Shown here: positions 53,475 to 60,850 of the stretch, piece by piece
How the letters are laid out: each line of letters begins with the position of its first letter
How positions within the stretch are numbered: position 1 is the first letter of the stretch
From: Candidatus Sumerlaeota bacterium
Lineage (GTDB): Bacteria; Sumerlaeota; Sumerlaeia; UBA8349
Assembly: GCA_016931035.1 (NCBI GenBank)
Contig: JAFGFN010000089.1
Location: forward strand, 1 to 60,850
DNA length: 60,850 nucleotides
Reading direction: 5' to 3'
The notes under the pieces: model-generated
Told to the model about the DNA's origin: nothing
Database searches by the model: none
What the model saw: the letters and a program-made list of their open reading frames with translations, nothing else
Made by a program: the position numbers and the translations under genes

Positions 53475-54759
53475 TCTCTGTCGCACCCTTGCGAATTGCC
53501 TTCACGATTTCGGCCACGTCGCGTTCCAGATGAGACGTCGCGTAGCGCGATCGTCCTCCGAGGTAGATCCGACCGGTCTCCTCGCTCCAGAGCGCCCAGA
53601 ATCTCCTGCGCCGGACGGCGAACGAGATCGTCGGTCCCGCTATCATCAGAAGGCACCCCAGATAGATCGCCGGAATTCCCGGGTGTCGCATCACTCCCAA
53701 GACCGAGTAGTAGGCCTCGATCTTCTCCCAACGTTCGACATGGAATCGGCCCTTCGGCTCGTCGGCGGCGAGACGCGCGGACATTTCCGAGGGCGTCGCG
53801 GACAGATCGTGCGCGAACACTGCGCCGCCGGGCTCGCGGATCGCGCACTGGACGGTTTGCCCTGTTTCCTCGAGCGAGAGAGTGTATCCCGGGGCGCCGG
53901 GGACGTCGATCGGCTCTCCCACGTTGGCCTCGACATAGATGGGGCGGGGGGTGGGGGAGCGCGCGTCGCGAAGATCGAGCACGTAGCGCGAGATCTCGGG
54001 CGCGGGCTCGTAGCTGTTCTGATGGAGAACGAATCCGCCGTAACGCTGAGCGCGATTGACCTCGACCTCGCGCCGGAGATGGGTCGGACCGTCGAGGATC
54101 TCGACGGTCGATATGAACTTGTCCGGAACCGAGGAGTTGGGGTGAAGGGTCGTCTCGAAGTCGATCAATCGCAATTCGAATCCGAGCGGTTTCCCGTCGG
54201 GGCCGGATTCCTCGGTGAAATACCGGTCGGTCGATTCGCCTTCGCGAAGAACGACTTCGCCGCGAACTCCCATCGCCAGGTCGATGGCGGCGCCGACAAG
54301 GATCAAGATGACTCCCAGATGCGCGACGACCGAGCCCCAATGCTGGCATCGGCCCGCCAGCGCCGAAATCGCCCCCTTCTCTCGCCTCACCGCGCGGTAG
54401 CCGAGCGACCGCAACACGGTCTCGACCGCGTCGAGATCGGCCTCGCCCCGCGCGGAGGCGATCGAGTCGTTCACGCGAAGGTTTCCATAATCCTCGGGTC
54501 CGCGGAAAAAGACGGGCCGGTCGTCGAGCGGGATCGTCTCGCTGAGGTGGCGATAGGTGGCGCAGGCGATGCTGACGGCGTTCAGACCCAAGAGCGCCGC
54601 GAACCACCCCGTGCCGAAGACGAGGCGCATCGACTCTTCGCCCGGTAGGAACGTGCCCAAGACGCAAACAAGCGCCAGCGCCGCCAGAAAGACGAGTCCG
54701 ACGCGAACGGACGACAATTTGCGAAAGAGAGGATTCCGGACCGGCGGGAGACGCAGCAA
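53467..54759 (-). CDS. resB: Cytochrome c biogenesis protein ResB/Ccs1
   Basis: LSSVR...LGTFL, FGTGWF, VAHLGVILILVG, EVNR, YSVLGV..HPG; 8-nt overlap with ccsA. Confidence 0.85.
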   Translation of the reverse strand: MLRLPPVRNPLFRKLSSVRVGLVFLAALALVCVLGTFLPGEESMRLVFGTGWFAALLGLNAVSIACATYRHLSETIPLDDRPVFFRGPEDYGNLRVNDSIASARGEADLDAVETVLRSLGYRAVRREKGAISALAGRCQHWGSVVAHLGVILILVGAAIDLAMGVRGEVVLREGESTDRYFTEESGPDGKPLGFELRLIDFETTLHPNSSVPDKFISTVEILDGPTHLRREVEVNRAQRYGGFVLHQNSYEPAPEISRYVLDLRDARSPTPRPIYVEANVGEPIDVPGAPGYTLSLEETGQTVQCAIREPGGAVFAHDLSATPSEMSARLAADEPKGRFHVERWEKIEAYYSVLGVMRHPGIPAIYLGCLLMIAGPTISFAVRRRRFWALWSEETGRIYLGGRSRYATSHLERDVAEIVKAIRKGATENA

Positions 54760-54882
54760 AACGGGGAGCCCCTTTCCTACCCCGATTCTCCCAGGAGTCG
54801 AGGGCCCTTGTCAACGCGGGGGGATCTCCCGGCAAGACCGGGGGTGGAAGGATCGCGTCGGGCAAGCGACGCCGAAACGACG

Positions 54883-54920
54883 AAACCCGGACTCCGAGCA
54901 TTCGACCGGAGTCCGGGTTT
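54883..54920 (-). terminator. Intrinsic terminator (possibly bidirectional) after the LysM gene
   Basis: 14-bp stem aaacccggactccg / cggagtccgggttt with T-runs on both strands. Confidence 0.7.
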
Positions 54921-54958
54921 TGGCCTTTTTCTTCAGATACGATGCCCCGCGGGCCGCG

Positions 54959-55603
54959 TCAGGACCGGGGGATGTAGATCTGCTGTCCGGCGTAGATGAG
55001 GGCCGACATCGGGATGCGGTTGGCCCGGCAGATTTGCGCGGACGTCACGTTGTGCTTTCGAGCGATGGCCTGAAGCGTCTCGCCCTCACGCACGTTGTAG
55101 TAGAAGCCCCTCGGAACGGCGCGCGAGACGGTTGCGGATCTACCCGAACGTCTCGAGGAGACGCGGGTCGCGACGGGCTTGTCCGACTTCGCGGAGACAA
55201 CGGTTTCCGCCTTGCGGTCCTGAGACTTGACGGCGGCTTTGATCTCATTTTTCTGAGTCGCCACGGCCTCGGCGTTGGCCTGAATCTGCGTGGTCACGGC
55301 GCCCAGGCGCTGCTCGAGTTCCCGAAGGCGTTTCACGACGGGTTCGATTTCGGCCGCCGTCGCGCCGCCCGACTTGGCGGTCGCCTCGATGACGCGCACG
55401 CGCTCGGTCAGGTTGTCCATGTCGAAGTAGACGGCCTCGACGCTGCTCTTGCTCGTCTTTTTGAATTCTTCGAGCGCGGCGATCCGTTGCTCCAGCTTCT
55501 GCATCTGGGCGGCGTGTTCGGAACTCACGGTGCAGGCGCTGAGAAGAGAGGCGAAGAGGATGCACACAAACAAGGCGAAAACGGGGAAACGGAAAACAGA
55601 CAT
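54959..55603 (-). CDS. Coiled-coil lipoprotein with C-terminal LysM domain
   Basis: Lipobox LSAC, heptad region, YNVREGETLQAIARKHNV...IYAGQQIYIP; AAGGAG RBS. Confidence 0.85.
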   Translation of the reverse strand: MSVFRFPVFALFVCILFASLLSACTVSSEHAAQMQKLEQRIAALEEFKKTSKSSVEAVYFDMDNLTERVRVIEATAKSGGATAAEIEPVVKRLRELEQRLGAVTTQIQANAEAVATQKNEIKAAVKSQDRKAETVVSAKSDKPVATRVSSRRSGRSATVSRAVPRGFYYNVREGETLQAIARKHNVTSAQICRANRIPMSALIYAGQQIYIPRS

Positions 55604-55998
55604 GGTCGGCTCCTTTGCCAGCGGGAATAAGAACTCGGCAGTCGGCTGAGTGGAATCGGCGTCGTTGAGACAACGATACGCGAGAACGTTCGCGCCCCCG
55701 AGGGCGCGAGAACGGGAAGAAAAGCCGTTGAGACTTATGTCATAACGCGAAAAGCGCTCTTCGACCTCCTTGCTTGAGGCAGGAATCGGAAATCGGACGC
55801 AAAACCACCCGTTGTACCTGCGGACCTCCCCGCAGTACAACAAAGGATACCTTACACGCCCTTCTCCCGCCGCGTCAAGCAGATTTCTGGACGAATTCGA
55901 GATGAGACAATCGAAAGGCTCGAACCTCGAATCGCAACCCGAGGGACGAAGCGCGGAGGCGGAAAGAGGATCTTCTCTCCGCCTCCTCCAGGGGGCCG

Positions 55999-58900
55999 CT
56001 AGGACACGTCGGCGTGGACCTTCTCGAGCTGGTCGAAGTCCACCGAAACCAGGCTCGAAACGCCCGTTTCCTGCATCGTGATGCCGTAGAGCGTGTCGGC
56101 TAGTTCCATGGTGATCTTGTTGTGCGTGATGATGATGAACTGCGAGCGCTCGCTGAACTCGCGCAGCATCTCGCGGAACCGGACGACGTTGACGTCGTCG
56201 AGGGGGGCGTCGATCTCGTCCATCACGCAGAACGGGCTGGGTTTGTACATGAAGATCGCGAACATGAGCGAAACGGCGGTCAGGGCGTTTTCGCCGCCCG
56301 AGAGGAGCGTGATGTTCTGGAGCTTCTTGCCCGGAGGCTGAGCGACGATGTCCACCCCGCCGTCCAGGAGCGGATCGCCGTCCTCGACCTCCTGCAGAAT
56401 CAGGTCGGCGCGTCCGCCGCCGAAGAGGCGGCGATACACTTCGATGAAGTTGTGGCGGATGCTCTCGAACGCGTCCCAGAACAGTTGGCGCGAGGTCTTG
56501 TCGATGGTTTCGATCGCTTCGTTGAGCGAGTCGCGCGCCTTCATCAGGTCTTCTTCCTGCGCGACCAGGAATTCGTAACGTTCGCTCTCGTCCTTGTACT
56601 CGACGAGGGCGTGCATGTTGATGTTGTCGCCCATTCGGCGCAGGTCGGCTTCGAGGCCCTCCATTTCGTCGACCAGGGCCTGGCGGTCGTCCTCGACCTC
56701 GCCCACTTCTTCGATCAAGGCGTCGACGGTCCGGCCGAATCGTTCCTGCGCCTCCTGATCGGCGTGGCGCAGGTCGGACTGGATGGTCACGCGGTCGGTC
56801 TGAACGGCGTTGAGTGCGTTGGACGCCTCGTTGAGTTCGGCGACGAGCGCGCTCGCTTTGCGCGTCTCTTCGTGAAGCGCGATCTGGCTGGATTCCTTTT
56901 CCTGGATCGCCTTGCGACACCGCTCCTCGACGCCCGCGACTTCGTTTTCGAGCGCGGCGCGTTCCGTTTTCAGTCGCTGGGCCTGTTCGGCCAGGCCGCG
57001 CGCCTTCTGGGTCGAGGTTTCTTGTTCCGACCGAAGTGCCGTCGAGCTGCGGACGAGCCGTCCGCCTTCGTCGGAGTAGGTCTCGGCGCGTTCGCGAAGC
57101 GAGGCCTGGCGTTCGCTCAGACGGGCGATCTCCTGGTCCATTTCGCTCACGTGCGAGCCGACGCGGTCCACTTCCTCCTTGCGTCCGAAGAGGGCTTCCT
57201 CCATGAGGGCGAGCTTCTCGCGCAACGAGCCGCTCTGTTCCTCGATCGCGCCGAGTTGGGCGATGCATTCGTCGAGACGGCGCGCCTGAATCTCGAGTTC
57301 CTTGCCGTTCGCTTGGGCTCGCCGATCGAGATCGCCCAGGAGAGCGGCGCGTTGGTCGCGCGATTCGCGCATCGCCGCGAGTTGCGTCTCGGCGCGTCCG
57401 AGATCGAGTCGGGCTTCGGAGAGTCCCTCTTGTTGTTGGGCCTGGCGCGCTTCGAGATCGACGATCGAGGTTTCGCACGCCTGGAGCCGAGCGGCGAGGT
57501 CGGCCTCGGCGGCCTGGAGCGTCGAGGACCGCTGCCCGAGCTCGGCGATCTCGCGTTGGCGGATCATGATGCCCGACAAGCGCCGGCTGCCGCCCGTGAT
57601 CGCGCCCGACGGGAACATCAGATCGCCTTCGAGCGTCACGTAGCGGTGGCGTTTGCCTCCGCGCGTCAGAGCGAGCGACACGTCGATATGTTCGGTCACG
57701 ATCGTGCGGCCCAGGAGTTCCTGAACGGCCTTCGCGATGGTCTGGTCGAACGTCACGAGTTGCGAGGCCAGGCCGATCACTCCGGTCTGCGAGAGAACGT
57801 CGCGGAGCTCTCTTCCGATTTCCTTCGGGCTGAGCAGATCGAGCGGCAGGAAGGTGGCGCTTCCTCCGCCGGTCGACTTGAGGAGTTCGATGGCGCGTTT
57901 CGCGTTCTCGGCGAGGCGGACGACGATGTCCTGGACGTGGTTGCCGAGGGCGACTTCGATCGCCGTGTCGTGCTTGGGATCGATCGATTGAATCAGTTCG
58001 GGCACGACGCCGACGACGCCGTCGAGGCGTTTCTCGTTCGCCGCCAGCATGACGGCTTTGACGCCCGCGTAGTACCCCTCGTAGTCGAGGGCCAGGCGTT
58101 CGAGCGCCTCGAGGCGGGTGCGCGCCTCGCGCAGCGATTGCTCGGCGCGGCGATGGTCGATGCGCAGCCCATCGCGGCGGTTGATCTCGGCGCGAAGATT
58201 CTCGCGCGTCTGGGCGCGCTCGGATTCGAGACGCGCCAAGTCCTGGCCGCGCGCCTCGAGTTTCTTCTCGTGTTCGGCGATCTCGGCGTTCAGGCGCTCG
58301 ACCGCCTCGGTGTGTTCCTTCCTCTGGCGCTCGAATTCGCCGATCGCCTTGCGCCCCTGTTCCATCAAGAGAGCGGCCTGGGTCCGCTGGTTCTCGATTC
58401 GCATCGCTTGGTCGGCGCTCTCCTGGAGCGATTTGCGCAGGCGGTGCATCTCGCCGAACGTCGTCTCGCTGTCGGCCCGCAGGCGTTCGTATTCGGCGCG
58501 GCGTTCGTTGAGACGGGCCTGAAGCGCGATCGAGCGGACCGCGAGCCGCGCCTCTTCGGCGTTCGCTTCGGCCAGGTTCACGGCGATCTCGTGGGCGCGC
58601 ACCTTGAGGTCCTCGATTTGGCGATCCAGATCTCCGACGCGCCGTTGCTCGGCTTCGGCCTGGCCGCTGAGGCGGACGATCTCGTTCGAGCACTCGTTGA
58701 TGTAGAGACGATGGTCTTCTTTTTGATGGATCAGATCCTGGACCGTCTGGTCGGCCTGCGTCATGCGCAGCTCGAGTTCTTCGCGCCGCGCTTCGAGCAT
58801 ATCGTATTGGGCGCGGGCGACCGCGACGCGGTCCTGCGCCTCGGCGTAGGTTTTCTCGATTTTCTCCAGGTCGCTTCGGACGTGTCGAAGCCGCGCGGCC

Positions 58901-59589
58901 AAGAGTCTCATGCGGATCGCGTCGGCGGCGTCGCGCAATCCCTTGTAGCGCTCGGCCTTGGCCGCCTGACGCTTGAGACTGATGCAGCGCGTGCGACTCT
59001 CGGCGATCCGGTCGGCCAGCCGGATCAGGTCCTGCTCGGTGCGCTCGAGCTTGCGAAGGGCCTCGTTCTTGCGCGCGCGATACTTGGCGACGCCCGCCGC
59101 TTCCTCGAACAGATGGCGGCGTTCCTCGGGCCGGCTGCGGATGATCTCCGCCACGCGCCCCTGTTCCATGACCGAGTACGATTCGGTGCCGACGCCCGTG
59201 TCGAGAAACAAGTCCTGAATGTCGCGCAGGCGGCACGGCGTCTTGTTGATCAGGTACTCGCTTTCGCCCGAGCGATAGAGACGTCGCGCAAGACTGATCT
59301 CGGAGAAATCGATCGGAAGCCGGCCGTTCTCGTTGTCGATGACGAGCGTGACTTGGGCGCACCCCATCGGCCTATAGGTTGCCGAACCGTTGAAGATCAC
59401 GTCGCCCATCTTCTGCCCGCGAAGGGAGCGCGCGCTTTGCTCGCCCAAGACCCACCGGATCGCGTCGAAGATGTTGGACTTGCCGCAGCCGTTCGGCCCG
59501 ACGACGATGGTGACCCCTTCGCGGAATTCGACGGTCGTCTTGGTGGCGAACGACTTGAACCCCGTCATTTCAATGCGTTTGAAGAACAT
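55999..59589 (-). CDS. smc: Chromosome segregation protein SMC
   Basis: GFKSF, GPNGCGKSN, FEEAAG, hinge ATFLPL...VTLEGD...GAITGG, LSGGE, DEIDAPLD, FIIITH. Confidence 0.97.
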   Translation of the reverse strand: MFFKRIEMTGFKSFATKTTVEFREGVTIVVGPNGCGKSNIFDAIRWVLGEQSARSLRGQKMGDVIFNGSATYRPMGCAQVTLVIDNENGRLPIDFSEISLARRLYRSGESEYLINKTPCRLRDIQDLFLDTGVGTESYSVMEQGRVAEIIRSRPEERRHLFEEAAGVAKYRARKNEALRKLERTEQDLIRLADRIAESRTRCISLKRQAAKAERYKGLRDAADAIRMRLLAARLRHVRSDLEKIEKTYAEAQDRVAVARAQYDMLEARREELELRMTQADQTVQDLIHQKEDHRLYINECSNEIVRLSGQAEAEQRRVGDLDRQIEDLKVRAHEIAVNLAEANAEEARLAVRSIALQARLNERRAEYERLRADSETTFGEMHRLRKSLQESADQAMRIENQRTQAALLMEQGRKAIGEFERQRKEHTEAVERLNAEIAEHEKKLEARGQDLARLESERAQTRENLRAEINRRDGLRIDHRRAEQSLREARTRLEALERLALDYEGYYAGVKAVMLAANEKRLDGVVGVVPELIQSIDPKHDTAIEVALGNHVQDIVVRLAENAKRAIELLKSTGGGSATFLPLDLLSPKEIGRELRDVLSQTGVIGLASQLVTFDQTIAKAVQELLGRTIVTEHIDVSLALTRGGKRHRYVTLEGDLMFPSGAITGGSRRLSGIMIRQREIAELGQRSSTLQAAEADLAARLQACETSIVDLEARQAQQQEGLSEARLDLGRAETQLAAMRESRDQRAALLGDLDRRAQANGKELEIQARRLDECIAQLGAIEEQSGSLREKLALMEEALFGRKEEVDRVGSHVSEMDQEIARLSERQASLRERAETYSDEGGRLVRSSTALRSEQETSTQKARGLAEQAQRLKTERAALENEVAGVEERCRKAIQEKESSQIALHEETRKASALVAELNEASNALNAVQTDRVTIQSDLRHADQEAQERFGRTVDALIEEVGEVEDDRQALVDEMEGLEADLRRMGDNINMHALVEYKDESERYEFLVAQEEDLMKARDSLNEAIETIDKTSRQLFWDAFESIRHNFIEVYRRLFGGGRADLILQEVEDGDPLLDGGVDIVAQPPGKKLQNITLLSGGENALTAVSLMFAIFMYKPSPFCVMDEIDAPLDDVNVVRFREMLREFSERSQFIIITHNKITMELADTLYGITMQETGVSSLVSVDFDQLEKVHADVS

Positions 59590-59889
59590 GATCGCTGGAC
59601 CTCGTACAGGATTCGCTGAATCGGACTGGGGAAACCTCAGTTTCCGCATTTGCCTCGCACCTAGTTGGACGCGGGCGCATCAGAGAGATGCGGGCCTACG
59701 GGAAAAGACCGCGTTTGACAAGCAAAGCAACATGACAGAGGTGATGCCGCGTCCCTCAGGAACGCTTCCTACGAACCCCTCCTAGCCAAGGCGATCACAA
59801 GGGGGCGAATCTTGTCGCTTTCGCCTTTCTGGAGTCCTCCCGCCGTCGGCGGTCGCGCGGGCAGCCTGGAGTGCGACAGCCGCGAAGAC

Positions 59890-59937
59890 GTACAACATAT
59901 TGACCGCCACGCTAATAGAAAACCCCATATATAGTCA
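59890..59937. promoter_or_regulatory. Tandem NrdR-box-like operators
   Basis: CAACATATTG (59893-59902) and CCATATATAG (59925-59934) fit the core CwAtATaTwG and lie 32 bp apart. Confidence 0.6.
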
Positions 59938-60054
59938 AGAGAATAATCCGGGGAATCCGGGGAATCGCGAAAGCGGGTTGGGGGGGCTCGCCGTGGTTCC
60001 TCCCGCGACTTGGTTCGGGGGATCCGATATCCGCGTGTTCGCCCCGCCGGAGCG

Positions 60055-60083
60055 TTGACTCTAGGGGCGGGAGGTATTATAAA
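60055..60083 (+). promoter_or_regulatory. Sigma70 promoter of clpS
   Basis: TTGACT-17 bp-TATAAA, then GGAG and ATG at 60108. Confidence 0.65.
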
Positions 60084-60107
60084 CAAGAACAGAGCGGAGT
60101 CGCACGG

Positions 60108-60542
60108 ATGAGGCAGCGGCTTCGCGGCGTAAGAGCGAAGTTTCGGCCCTGGGTGTTGAGTTTCATGACCGAGTTGAGCGAACGATTTGCGATGGCTTCG
60201 GCGGCGGGTTCGCCGGCGCATTCCCCCGCGGTCCCCGAGGCCCCGGCGGCGCCGGTCGAGTCTCCGGGTCGCCCGAAGATCGAGTACGATATCGGCGCGA
60301 TGGAGCCGCGGCGCGAATTCGCCGTCGTTCTCTACAACGACGACGACCACGACATGCTATCCGTCGTCCGGCAGCTCATGCTGGCCCTCGAGTGTCCCGC
60401 CAGTCGCGCCCACGCGTTGATGCTCGAGGCGCATAACTCGGGTCGCGTGACGGTGGCTATCGCGAGCCGGGGGCGGGCCATTCGCATCGCTACGATTCTT
60501 CGCCAAATCGATTTGCGCGTCTCCATCCACCAGGTGAACTGA
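60108..60542 (+). CDS. clpS: ATP-dependent Clp protease adaptor ClpS
   Basis: FAVVLYNDDDH...VVRQL...MLEAHNSGRVTV; N-terminal extension, start uncertain. Confidence 0.85.
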   Translation: MRQRLRGVRAKFRPWVLSFMTELSERFAMASAAGSPAHSPAVPEAPAAPVESPGRPKIEYDIGAMEPRREFAVVLYNDDDHDMLSVVRQLMLALECPASRAHALMLEAHNSGRVTVAIASRGRAIRIATILRQIDLRVSIHQVN

Positions 60543-60657
60543 CCCACCTTCTTCCGAACCGCGAGCATCTCCTCAACGGCGCCGGGCTCGGAATCGAGCC
60601 GTCGAGTCGGGTGCGTCCCGAGGTTTTGAACCGCGTTAGCGGTTCCATTTCCAAAGT

Positions 60658-60695
60658 CGTGGGTTGGCAATTCGGTCCCGAATTGCCAACCCACG
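60658..60695. repeat. Perfect 18-bp-arm palindrome (REP-like)
   Basis: cgtgggttggcaattcgg-tc-ccgaattgccaacccacg. Confidence 0.8.
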
Positions 60696-60850
60696 GTACG
60701 CACGGCGGAAGGGGAACCGATCTATTCGGTTCGACAAGGAGAGGGGGCGCAGAGATTGTCGAACCCACTCTTGTCCAAAACAGAAAGGCGCGATCTTCGT
60801 CTCGATATTGAAAACAAAGGACAAAAATGTCGTGAGCAAATGGGGTCACC

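Noticed and set aside
55776-55812. ggca...gaaa...ggacgcaaaacc resemblance to a c-di-GMP-I riboswitch
   Set aside because: It is on the strand opposite the downstream gene and the stem around GAAA does not pair.
56278-56310. SMC signature region LSGGEN instead of LSGGEK/R
   Set aside because: Single substitution outside the LSGG core; all other ATPase motifs are intact.
54959-59362. 1467-aa ORF ending in a LysM domain
   Set aside because: Alternate frame of smc; the real gene starts at 55603 with an RBS and lipobox.
59945-59965. Short tandem aatccgggg repeat
   Set aside because: Only about two copies; could be chance or trivial slippage.
60490-60849. Minus-strand 119-aa ORF at the window end
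   Set aside because: Overlaps clpS and a palindrome and has no motif; cannot be supported.

Overview
GC-rich bacterial chromosomal segment. The lineage cannot be determined from the sequence; the secreted-protein tail ...TSAREWTLY resembles, from my recollection only, proteins of Candidatus Sumerlaeota/BRC1. About 45 CDSs are present. The window is dominated by cell-surface glycan genes: a 14-kb ABC-dependent polysaccharide cluster (gmd, fcl, wzm/wzt, two paralogous formyltransferases, perosamine-synthase-like aminotransferase, kinase-methyltransferase, glycosyl- and methyltransferases), a second wzm/wzt pair, and four GT-C-fold membrane glycosyltransferases including a TMTC-like TPR protein. 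It also holds carbohydrate catabolism genes (GH2 beta-galactosidase, PL1 pectate lyase, uxuB, galT, tpiA), a HepT/MntA toxin-antitoxin pair, an FRG gene flanked by repeats, system II cytochrome c maturation genes, rpsT, smc and clpS. No rRNA, tRNA, CRISPR array or transposase was recognised. The main oddities are: two otherwise intact secreted-protein genes with single in-frame TAG codons, one hiding a WxLY tail; tandem NrdR-like boxes between smc and clpS; direct-repeat scars of cassette shuffling around the glycan locus; a MITE whose end coincides with a TAG stop; a PHP-like pseudo-enzyme; and a GNAT-BKACE fusion.
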